Source: Daejeonella sp.
Lineage (GTDB): Bacteria; Bacteroidota; Bacteroidia; Sphingobacteriales; Sphingobacteriaceae
Reading direction: 5' to 3'
DNA length: 42,290 bases
Assembly (NCBI GenBank): GCA_030831705.1
Contig: JAURKO010000147.1
Span: forward strand, 1 to 42,290
Shown: positions 9,283-17,618 of the stretch, piece after piece
How the letters are laid out: the number at the start of each line of letters is the position of its first letter
Position numbering within the stretch: the stretch's first letter is position 1
The notes under the pieces: model-generated
The model's database searches: none
The model's input: the letters and a program-made list of their open reading frames with translations, nothing else
What the model was told of the DNA's origin: nothing
Translations under genes and position numbers: made by a program

Positions 9283-9721
9283 TTCGATATAAGCAGGGTA
9301 AAATAATACGGTTATAACACATCAGATAAGGCTCTGGATTCATAATAAGTTGTTAGTTAAAACCAATACTAGTGTGTTATAGGTTAGTTCAGCCCTTTCC
9401 TCCGGAGTATTTCCGGCAAGAAATCACGTTCTCCTTTGGTTGGTTATAACACCAACAACATGCGAAAAATCGTTGTCATTCCAGCTGGAAAGCTGGAACC
9501 TCCTCCGGCAAGGTTTATTTTACCTGGTGCTGTATTTCATCGGGAAGGGTAGGTCTGCCCAAGGACTATTGCCCCTGTAATTAAACCCGGGTGACAGCTT
9601 TAGCTTTTTGCCCAAGCAAAATTTTATCTCAAAAAGCAATGTATGGGCAAAAACTAGGGCAGAACACGGGCCTGGTGGGACCGAAGAGGCACAGACCCGG
9701 CTTTCTAAAAAAGATAAAATC
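9283..9721 (+). repeat. Copy 1 of dispersed two-armed non-coding element; centre holds two small palindromic repeats
   Basis: Left arm 9283-9432 matches 40533-40678 (45 nt identical at 9388-9432 and 40634-40678); right arm 9504-9721 matches 41858-42078. Confidence 0.9.
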
Positions 9722-9887
9722 TTCAATCAAAAATAGCGTGGCAAGATTTTATATCAATCTCAAGATAATTTGAAATAAGCCTACGTTTATTAATTATTCG
9801 ACAAAATTTTAGTCATTCGGCAGATTTTCCAGGCCTTTTGTCTAATGAGTCAAGTAAAGATTTATCAAATATTACTCGGCAAAAAAA

Positions 9888-10817
9888 TTAATTTCTCTTT
9901 GTAAAAAGAACTGAAATCACCTTCATGTGCGGAGCTGTTAGAATTGCAATTGACATAAAAAATATTGCTAATAATCTTTCCAAATTACCTTTGAAAATTA
10001 TAAACAAAATTGCAATCATCAGAAAGGAAAAGCCATTGGTTAACCATGATTTACGATAGATAAACCAATAATTTTTATTTTCCCAACCCAAAAATTTCTT
10101 TATTTCAGCCATGGAGAGTCCGGCATGCCAGATATTAAAATAAAAACCAAAACCTAGTAATATGGGCAAATTAAATACGATAAGCATTAAAAATGATAAT
10201 TGCAGCACTGACACTAATTGTGGTACGCCAAATTGTTGACTTTGATATAAATAGAATAAGAGAATGGGAACAAAAAAAAGAATGGATGCAATCAAAATTT
10301 CATTTTGATATCCGTAGAGCAATTGTAATTTTCCAATCTGCCCATCATCAAAACCCGGAAAACCGAGTAAAATAGCTTCAACCTGCGGGAATTGATAAAG
10401 CAGATAATTTAACAGAAACAAAAGGCCATATAAGGAAAATAAAATCCTGGTATTCAAACTGCTCTTTAATGAAAGTCCGTTCAAATCCATTTCTCCGAAA
10501 TGATAAGCTGATATTAAAATGAATAACAGAATAGATAGTTCAACACTGATTACCCAAAGTATGGCATATAGGACTGCAAAACCTAGGTAGAATAACAAAA
10601 ACCTGACCACTGATTTGAAATTCATTGCCTCCTTTCGTTCATGGTGATAGATAACATGGTCCAGTGAGCCATGTGGAATGCCTAAAAAAATAACACCTAA
10701 ACCGAAAAAAACAAGTTGAATTTCTAAACTTAAAGGATAGAAATTATTGATTAAAAACAAGACTATTGCAAGAATAAGAAATAAAGATCGACTGGATTTA
10801 AAGTTTAGCATGGACAT
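9888..10817 (-). CDS. blh: Brp/Blh beta-carotene 15,15'-dioxygenase (retinal synthesis)
   Basis: GIPHGSLDH, SAYHFGE, WHA and LTAPHM His motifs; multi-pass membrane protein downstream of a rhodopsin. Confidence 0.93.
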   Translation of the reverse strand: MSMLNFKSSRSLFLILAIVLFLINNFYPLSLEIQLVFFGLGVIFLGIPHGSLDHVIYHHERKEAMNFKSVVRFLLFYLGFAVLYAILWVISVELSILLFILISAYHFGEMDLNGLSLKSSLNTRILFSLYGLLFLLNYLLYQFPQVEAILLGFPGFDDGQIGKLQLLYGYQNEILIASILFFVPILLFYLYQSQQFGVPQLVSVLQLSFLMLIVFNLPILLGFGFYFNIWHAGLSMAEIKKFLGWENKNYWFIYRKSWLTNGFSFLMIAILFIIFKGNLERLLAIFFMSIAILTAPHMKVISVLFTKRN

Positions 10818-11943
10818 ACTTCAAGACCTGTTTTAAAAATAATCGCTTGGGTAAGGTAGAAAAAAGGCTAAACTCTTCAAACAATTTGGAACGCTCATCT
10901 AAGAAAGACAAAATTTTCAAGAATGAATTATTGACAAAAAGCTGATCCATAATCTTTGAAACCATCTCAGGTTGATCACGAATAATCTGTAGCAGTAGCG
11001 TATCGTAAAAATGGAACCTGCTTGAACTATTTGAATTAATTATGCTTTCATTATTATTGAGGAAGCATTCGATTAAATACTTAGTGTGCCTAGAAATACG
11101 GTTAAACGCATATCCTGTACTTGGTTTTACTGCGCCTCCTGCAGATCCAATCTGAATTATCCCTTCCTTATCACGTGCAGAAAAGTCAAAATCAGTCATT
11201 GGAATTTTTCCCTTTTCCTCTCTTATAATTTCGTAAGGGCAATCGAATTTTGAAGAAATATAACCTTTAAGATATGAATCATAAACCTCATCTGAATAGC
11301 AATCTTGTTTAGAAAACGAGGTGAATTCAATCAGTGCTTCAGTTTTTGAAAAAGGCAAAACATACATAAAATGTGCAGCCTGATCCTGGGGAATATTAAA
11401 ATCCATTATTGTAGCCTGATCAACACTAAAAACCTCTCGATCAGTTTTAATAAACCATCCTTTAAAATGTTGCCATAGTAAAATCTTAGTGCAATCAACA
11501 AAAGAATGATCAATAGTACTATTATAAACATGCTTGGCAACATACATGTTATTGAGCGTATGAACTTGTTTTAAATCATTGTCTGATTTAAATTTTATCA
11601 CCTCTTCAGATACTACCCTGACTCTGGAGGAATTCTGTATTAACTGGTTGTGATACTCGAAAAACTTTTCGCTATTTATATAATTATACCTGTATGGGCT
11701 TATAATTCCGGACAATTCAGAAGTTGATGAGCAAAATTTTAGTTCTGACCAATACTTTTCAACCAGAAAATCATATTCCGATTGCTTGTTAGTCCAGAAA
11801 CACCAGGATTTATGAATTATTGTTTGATTACTTTCAATTAATAAAATCTCACCGGTCTGTTCGGCAGGCAATTTTAACAATGCATTGATAAGCTGCATGC
11901 CTGCACAACCACCTCCAACAACAATAATATTAGCATCAATCAT
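10798..11943 (-). CDS. crtY: Lycopene beta-cyclase (CrtY-type)
   Basis: GGGCAG dinucleotide-binding motif, KSWCFW, QHFKGW, FMYVLPFS, E-x-G-x-IPM and GGAVKPSTGYAF. Confidence 0.9.
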   Translation of the reverse strand: MIDANIIVVGGGCAGMQLINALLKLPAEQTGEILLIESNQTIIHKSWCFWTNKQSEYDFLVEKYWSELKFCSSTSELSGIISPYRYNYINSEKFFEYHNQLIQNSSRVRVVSEEVIKFKSDNDLKQVHTLNNMYVAKHVYNSTIDHSFVDCTKILLWQHFKGWFIKTDREVFSVDQATIMDFNIPQDQAAHFMYVLPFSKTEALIEFTSFSKQDCYSDEVYDSYLKGYISSKFDCPYEIIREEKGKIPMTDFDFSARDKEGIIQIGSAGGAVKPSTGYAFNRISRHTKYLIECFLNNNESIINSNSSSRFHFYDTLLLQIIRDQPEMVSKIMDQLFVNNSFLKILSFLDERSKLFEEFSLFSTLPKRLFLKQVLKYVHAKL

Positions 11944-11959
11944 TCTAAAAAAGAAATAA

Positions 11960-11996
11960 AAAAGAAAAGGTATCCTAAGCGGATACCTTTTCTTTT
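11960..11996 (-). terminator. Intrinsic terminator between rhodopsin and crtY
   Basis: 16-bp perfect inverted repeat AAAAGAAAAGGTATCC/GGATACCTTTTCTTTT with a 5-nt loop and a T-rich tail on the minus strand. Confidence 0.85.
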
Positions 11997-12030
11997 GAAA
12001 TTAAATAAGAATCAACTTCTTTAGAAGCAA

Positions 12031-12804
12031 TTATGCTTTCTTCGCTTTTGCTGTTTCAGCAATTGCTACAGAGTAGATAACCAAACCGAAACCGATTTTG
12101 TTAATTGCATCAGCTAAGTTGTAGAATAAATCAATTGAACTAACTTCGAACATACCTGAAAGCAAGTTTCCTGGCAATACCATATATCCAATTGGATAGA
12201 TAGACCAACCTAAAGTAATGAAGATCTTTAACAAGAACATCGCATTTGCTAAAGCAGCGCTGTTTGATTCTTTTGTTAATCTAGAAACATCACCAGCAAA
12301 TACTTCGTAAACGATGTACAGGTAACCAAGAGTAGAAAGAACTCCCCACATGATGTTGTTGTCAATACCTGAAGTTTCACCGATAAATCCAAATATTAAC
12401 ATGGCTAATGCACAAACGATCAACTTAAATAAAGTTGAACTTTTAGCGCCAAATGGCTTTGTTAACAAGTAAAATTCTACACACATCAAAGGAACAGTTA
12501 GTGTCCAGTCCACATAGCGGAAAGCAGTTGGACTTTGACCTGTTGCAAGATAAAAATCTCTCATGTAGTAGTAGTGCACTGCAGCGATTCCAGTGATTAA
12601 ACCTGAAACTAGCAATGAGATTTTCCATTTTGGATCTACTGAGCCTCTTTCAACGAAAAAGAAAACTGCAGATGCCAACATAGCCATATAACCAATAAAA
12701 AAGGTTATTGCTATTGGGTCACCGTTTGTAATTTTTGCTAGAGCATCAGAGTCAGCAGCCATAGCACTTGTTGCATTAAGGAATAATGTTGACATAATAA
12801 ACAT
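12031..12804 (-). CDS. Proteorhodopsin-type light-driven proton pump (DTE motif, probably green-absorbing)
   Basis: Helix C RYVDWTLTVPLMCVEF gives D97/T101/E108 with M105; helix B His (AAVHY); helix G DAINK retinal lysine; adjacent to crtY and blh. Confidence 0.96.
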   Translation of the reverse strand: MFIMSTLFLNATSAMAADSDALAKITNGDPIAITFFIGYMAMLASAVFFFVERGSVDPKWKISLLVSGLITGIAAVHYYYMRDFYLATGQSPTAFRYVDWTLTVPLMCVEFYLLTKPFGAKSSTLFKLIVCALAMLIFGFIGETSGIDNNIMWGVLSTLGYLYIVYEVFAGDVSRLTKESNSAALANAMFLLKIFITLGWSIYPIGYMVLPGNLLSGMFEVSSIDLFYNLADAINKIGFGLVIYSVAIAETAKAKKA

Positions 12805-12813
12805 TTATGGTTT

Positions 12814-12873
12814 GACCTACTCGTAAGGCTTTTCAGATACGCCCAGTTTTTTTATAGTGCGGCTGCTAGCACT
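12814..12873 (-). promoter_or_regulatory. Candidate structured 5' leader RNA of the rhodopsin gene
   Basis: GC-rich patch in an AT-rich intergenic region: hairpin AGTGC-N8-GCACT, an A-run, then GGGCGTATCTGAAAAGCCTTACGAGTAGGTC ending 9 nt before the ATG. A related motif lies at 31806-31837. Confidence 0.55.
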
Positions 12874-13227
12874 TTGAAATACTATATTAAAAGTATGTAA
12901 TATTATTGATGAAATGCAAAAATATTTTACGAAAATATTTTTTTTTTAGGTATTTATAACAATTCTGTTCTTTTAAAGCGGTTATTTGATTAAAAAAATG
13001 AGAATTAAATGAAGATTGTTTACAACATCAACTAGATCAATTAATGGTTCTTTTTAGATAAAAAACCCAGACCCTAATAAAATGTTAAACTAAATTTAAT
13101 TAAAAAAAACAAAAAAGCAAGAGTGAATACAATAAAAATTAAGCCCGATCAATTTCAAACTTGAATAAGTCGTTTGAAATGCTGATAATTGCATCATTAG
13201 AATCCTATCAAAAGAAATCTATAAAAC

Positions 13228-13301
13228 GGGGGATTAGCTCATTTGGCTAGAGCGCTTCGCTGGCAGTGAAGAGGTGATCGGTTCGAATCCGATATTCTCC
13301 A
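13228..13301 (+). tRNA. tRNA-Ala (GGC)
   Basis: Cloverleaf with acceptor GGGGGAT/ATTCTCC (G3:U70), D-arm GCTC/GAGC, anticodon GGC at 13262-13264 and T-loop TTCGAAT; CCA not encoded. Confidence 0.97.
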
Positions 13302-13302
13302 C

Positions 13303-13335
13303 AAAAAGCTCTGGATACTTCCAGGGCTTTTTTTT
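13303..13335 (+). terminator. Intrinsic terminator after tRNA-Ala
   Basis: GCTCTGGA/TCCAGGGC stem followed by T8. Confidence 0.85.
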
Positions 13336-13688
13336 GTTAAAAGTGTAAACAAACATACAATTCCCATTAACCCAAGCTCAACTTTATTGCAAGTTAGCTT
13401 GCAGCATAGCCTAGCGGATAAAAAAATCGATTGAATGGGGCAAGAAACAATGGAATATTGGGATCCGATTCCACTCGTCGGCATTTTCTGTAATGCATGT
13501 CGAACTTAAAGATAAAATGAATTTTTGATCTGGTTTACTGTCGAAAACCATTTATTGACTTTCCTTTACACAAATTCAAATCCATTCAAACTACTTTCTC
13601 ATAATTTATTCACAATCAACAAATTTCTTCCAGCTTTTTTATAGCTTTAATCTTCGTGCGATTAGAAAATTTATAATAGTGTTCAACC

Positions 13689-15050
13689 ATGAAGAAAGAA
13701 ATAGCTATGCATAATTCCAGAAGAAAATTTATTCAAAATACCATGCTCCTGGGAGCCGGGATTACCATGCCACAGATCATGAGTGCTGCAGATTTTGGCC
13801 TCTTTACCCGTAAAATCAAGGCATCCGATCAGATCAACTTTGGTCTTATTGGGTGCAAAGGCATGGGATGGTCAAATATGAATGCACATTTGAAACTTCC
13901 GCAGGTGAACTGTATTGCGCTAGCGGATGTAGACCAAAGTGTGCTCGACCAGCGTACAGAAGATGTTTTCAAATTACGCGGTAAGCGCCCGAAGCAATAC
14001 AGGGATTACCGTAAGTTACTAGAAGACCCGGCAATCGATGTGGTCATCATCGGAACTCCAGATCATTGGCATTGCCTAAATATGGTCGATGCCGTTTCGG
14101 CAGACAAGCATGTATATGTTGAAAAGCCGATCGCCAATACCATTGAAGAATGTCAGATTATGGTTAAAGCACAACAGAGATATGGCAAAATAGTTCAGGT
14201 GGGACAATGGCAACGGTCCGGATCTCAATATGCCGAAGCCATTGACTATGTAAAATCAGGTAAACTCGGACAAATCAGGCTGGTCAAATGCTGGGCCTAT
14301 CAGGGCTGGATGAAGCCTGTTCCTAAATTAGCAGACGGTCCGGCACCTACAGGAGTTGATTATAACATGTGGTTAGGTCCGGCCCCAAAACGTGACTTTA
14401 ATCAAAATCGTTTTCATTTTAATTTTAGATGGTTCTGGGATTATGCCGGTGGCTTAATGACCGACTGGGGAGTACACGAAATTGATATTGCCTTATTTGC
14501 AATGGGTGTTCAGGCACCGAAATCAGTTATGGCTTCAGGAGGAAAATTTGCATATCCGGATGATGCTTCTGAAACTCCCGACACGCTTCAAACTGTGTAT
14601 GAGTATGAAGGATTTAACATGCTTTGGGAGCATGCAACAGGTATAGATGGCGGTAATTATGGTTCTACTGAAGGTATTGCCTTTATTGGGAACAATGCAA
14701 CACTTGTAGTCAACAGGGGTGGCTGGAAAGTTATTCCAGAAACAGAGAATAAGGATGGGAAAAAGGTTAACAAGGTTGAAGAAGTAGCACACCGTAAGCC
14801 TGAAAGAAATGCTCATGAAGCACATGCGATTAATTTTATAGATGCCATTACAACTAATGATGTGAGCCGCTTAAACTGCGGTATTCAAACCGGAAGTATT
14901 GCTGCTATAAATGCACAAATGGGTAACATTGCTTTTAAAACAGGGAAAAAAGTGTACTGGAATGAAGCAAAAAATGAATTTACTGATTCAGAAGCCAATA
15001 AATTAATGAAAGCTAAATACTATAATGGCTGGCAGGTTCCGAAGGTTTAA
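13689..15050 (+). CDS. Gfo/Idh/MocA family oxidoreductase with Tat signal
   Basis: SRRKFI twin-arginine motif, GLIGCKGMG, TPDHWH, YVEKP, DWGVHEID. The start may be 13707 (MHNSRR). Confidence 0.9.
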   Translation: MKKEIAMHNSRRKFIQNTMLLGAGITMPQIMSAADFGLFTRKIKASDQINFGLIGCKGMGWSNMNAHLKLPQVNCIALADVDQSVLDQRTEDVFKLRGKRPKQYRDYRKLLEDPAIDVVIIGTPDHWHCLNMVDAVSADKHVYVEKPIANTIEECQIMVKAQQRYGKIVQVGQWQRSGSQYAEAIDYVKSGKLGQIRLVKCWAYQGWMKPVPKLADGPAPTGVDYNMWLGPAPKRDFNQNRFHFNFRWFWDYAGGLMTDWGVHEIDIALFAMGVQAPKSVMASGGKFAYPDDASETPDTLQTVYEYEGFNMLWEHATGIDGGNYGSTEGIAFIGNNATLVVNRGGWKVIPETENKDGKKVNKVEEVAHRKPERNAHEAHAINFIDAITTNDVSRLNCGIQTGSIAAINAQMGNIAFKTGKKVYWNEAKNEFTDSEANKLMKAKYYNGWQVPKV

Positions 15051-15106
15051 TTTGAATGAAATCTGATTTAAAAAGATAACAACTTTGAGCATTTAACTCT
15101 TGTAAA

Positions 15107-15544
15107 ATGAAAAAACTAATTCTTATGACGCTTTTGTCAGCGTTATTTTGCTCTTGTAATCAGGATAGTAAATCCAGATCTCAAAGAGTTGAAAATAATT
15201 TAATGGACTCGGCTTCTGTCATCCAAAAGCCTACAGAAAACATTGATATTGTTCAGACATCTCCGAATCAGGCTAGGGTTCTCATGGAAAATGAGCATGT
15301 AAGAATTGTGGAGTATTTCATCAAGCCTGGAGATAAAGATGTCTGGCATACTCATCCTCCAAGATCTTCTTATGTTGTGGCTGGTGGAAAAGTTAAAGTA
15401 TACACAGAAAATGCTGAACCTAAAATTTCTGAAGTTAAAACTGGCACTTCATCCTGGGCAGATCAGGGGGCAAAACACTATGTAGAAAATATTGGAGACA
15501 CGGATATAAAAATCATATTAACAGAGATTAAGTCAATGGAATAG
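15107..15544 (+). CDS. Cupin-domain lipoprotein
   Basis: Lipoprotein-type signal (LFCSC); ENEHVRIVE...WHTHP...HYVENIG cupin motifs. Confidence 0.75.
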   Translation: MKKLILMTLLSALFCSCNQDSKSRSQRVENNLMDSASVIQKPTENIDIVQTSPNQARVLMENEHVRIVEYFIKPGDKDVWHTHPPRSSYVVAGGKVKVYTENAEPKISEVKTGTSSWADQGAKHYVENIGDTDIKIILTEIKSME

Positions 15545-15691
15545 GATTATAGGATGTTAGGATATTGAGATTGTAGGCTTAGCCATCTTATTTTAAAGTC
15601 GATCTGAATATTTATTTGGTAACTGTTTATCAAATTACACAGTCAATTTAATACTCTTTAATCCTATAATCTTAAAATCCTGTAAACCCTA
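15542..15691. repeat. Inverted arrays of degenerate octamers (TAGGATNN x5 / AATCCTNN x4)
   Basis: 8-nt periodic units at 15542-15581 and reverse-complement units at 15660-15691. Confidence 0.65.
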
Positions 15692-15781
15692 ACTCAGACA
15701 GTATATCCTGTATTTGTAATAATATTATTCAATTTCACAATTACAAGCTACCTTATATATATTTGCTAAAAATCCAAAAAC

Positions 15782-16282
15782 ATGAAAAAATTATTTGTTC
15801 TATTATTAGTGACAGGCCTCTACAGTGGATTCACTGCATGTGCTCAAAGGCCAAGCCCTCCGGCTAAAGTTTCTGAAACCACCTCAGCAGGTGTTAAAAT
15901 TACAGTTGATTACAGCCAGCCGGCAGTAAAAGGAAGAACTATTGGTAAAGAAATTGCTCCTTTTGGTCAAGTATGGCGAACAGGTGCTAATGAAGCTACC
16001 TGGATGGAAGTTAGCAAGGATGTAAAAATTGAAGGTAAAGCCTTGAAAGCTGGTAAATATGGTATCTGGACTATTCCTGGTGAAAAAGAATGGACCATCA
16101 TCTTTAACAGCAAATCTAACATTAGCGGCACCGCATACAGCCAAGCTGATGATGTAATGCGTGTAGTGGTAAAATCTGGCAAATCAGCAAGTTTTACTGA
16201 GCGTATGACTTTCAAGATCGCAAAAACAGGTGTTGTTTCACTGATCTGGGGCGACTACCAGATTAATTTTAACGTAAAATAA
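15782..16282 (+). CDS. DUF2911 domain secreted protein
   Basis: Signal peptide; RPSPP, VDYSQPAVKGR and VWRTGANEAT motifs; TATATTTG -7 promoter element at 15758-15765. Confidence 0.88.
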   Translation: MKKLFVLLLVTGLYSGFTACAQRPSPPAKVSETTSAGVKITVDYSQPAVKGRTIGKEIAPFGQVWRTGANEATWMEVSKDVKIEGKALKAGKYGIWTIPGEKEWTIIFNSKSNISGTAYSQADDVMRVVVKSGKSASFTERMTFKIAKTGVVSLIWGDYQINFNVK

Positions 16283-16292
16283 TTTCAAAGAG

Positions 16293-16336
16293 TCCCTTTT
16301 CCAGAACTTGATAATATTCATATTCTGGAAGAGGGA
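16293..16336. terminator. Hairpin, probable terminator between convergent DUF2911 and lpxB
   Basis: TCCCTTTTCCAGAA/TTCTGGAAGAGGGA inverted repeat. Confidence 0.6.
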
Positions 16337-16388
16337 ATTCTTTCATCTGACCAGGGTAACATATCCAGATCTGGGATATGGCTGTTAA

Positions 16389-17498
16389 TCAGGTATTCAA
16401 ATAATTAAACATCAGTTTGGCTGCCTTGTCGGATGCGCCCGGCTCTCCCATAATAATGGCTAGCTCATCATAATTAACAAGCATTTCTGTGCGATATAGG
16501 GGGTCGTTAAGAATCAGGTCCAGTTCATCTCCAATGACAATGCTGGTACATTGTTCCTGAATCAATTCCTTGACAATTGTCTGATCCATGACCAGATTTA
16601 CCAGGGATATATACTTAATTTTAACAAGCATGCGGGCAATTGCAATTGATAAAGGATTTCCTTTGTAAACAACCACCTGCGGTATTTTAAGTAAAGCAGT
16701 TTCAAGGGTTGCCGTACCGGAGGTAACAATGGCTGCCTTTGAATTCAGCAGCAGATTATAGGTCGCATTGAAGATTACAGCAATTTTTCTACCTTCCAAA
16801 TAAGTTGAATAATCTTCTTCACTAAAAGAAGGGGCGCCGGCAATTATAAACTGAAATTCAGGAAAACGATCTGCTATTTTGACCATTTCAGGCAGAACCC
16901 TTTCTAATTCCTGCTTCCTGCTCCCGGGCAGTAGCGCAACTATTGGCCTTAAATCCAGATTATTTTTAATCCTAAACAAATCATCCTGTGGATTAGAAGC
17001 TATGGCATCCAAAATCGGATTACCGACATAATCGACATCCATTCCCCATTTTTTATAGAAATCAACCTCAAAAGGCAGAATGCAGAACATGCGGTCTACA
17101 AATTTTCTGATCTTCAGGACTCGCTTCTGATTCCATGCCCAAACTTTAGGAGAGATATAGTAAAAGACCTTAAAACCTTTAAGCTTCGCAAAATTTGCGA
17201 TCTTCATATTGAACCCGGGGAAGTCAATCAGAATAATAACATCTGGCTGAAAGCTTAGAATATCCTGCTTTGCAGTTTTTATATTCTTGAAGATTGAATT
17301 CAAATTAGCAATAACCTCAACAAAGCCCATAAAAGCCATTTGAGAATAATGCATTGCCAATCCGGGAGAAACAGCCATCATTAAATCACCGCCAAAGTAT
17401 CTGAATTCAGCTTCAGGATCTTTGATTTTGAGCGCTTTCATAAGGTTAGATCCATGTAGATCCCCTGATGCTTCACCGGCAATTATGTAATATTTCAT
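16389..17498 (-). CDS. lpxB: Lipid-A-disaccharide synthase
   Basis: AGEASGDLHG, IDFPGFN, YISPKVWAW, LLPGSRKQE, SGTATLE. Confidence 0.97.
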   Translation of the reverse strand: MKYYIIAGEASGDLHGSNLMKALKIKDPEAEFRYFGGDLMMAVSPGLAMHYSQMAFMGFVEVIANLNSIFKNIKTAKQDILSFQPDVIILIDFPGFNMKIANFAKLKGFKVFYYISPKVWAWNQKRVLKIRKFVDRMFCILPFEVDFYKKWGMDVDYVGNPILDAIASNPQDDLFRIKNNLDLRPIVALLPGSRKQELERVLPEMVKIADRFPEFQFIIAGAPSFSEEDYSTYLEGRKIAVIFNATYNLLLNSKAAIVTSGTATLETALLKIPQVVVYKGNPLSIAIARMLVKIKYISLVNLVMDQTIVKELIQEQCTSIVIGDELDLILNDPLYRTEMLVNYDELAIIMGEPGASDKAAKLMFNYLNT

Positions 17499-17618
17499 GG
17501 ATGTATCTTACCTCAAAAAACAGAATATCGTTTTAATAGTTGCCGCCAATTATTCGTTCTCATGACATACGTTTAGAAATATTTCTATTCTCTACTTTCA
17601 TTTCTCACTTCTCATATC

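Noticed and set aside
9520-9773. ORFs 9520-9726, 9591-9773 and 41880-42089 within the element's right arm
   Set aside because: Starts, stops and frames are not maintained between the homologous copies while base pairing is, so the arm is treated as non-coding.
9888-13301. Rhodopsin cluster as a tRNA-integrated genomic island
   Set aside because: The cluster lies on the 5' side of tRNA-Ala, with no duplicated tRNA 3' end and no integrase.
13239-13484. 81-aa minus-strand ORF
   Set aside because: It overlaps tRNA-Ala and its terminator in antisense.
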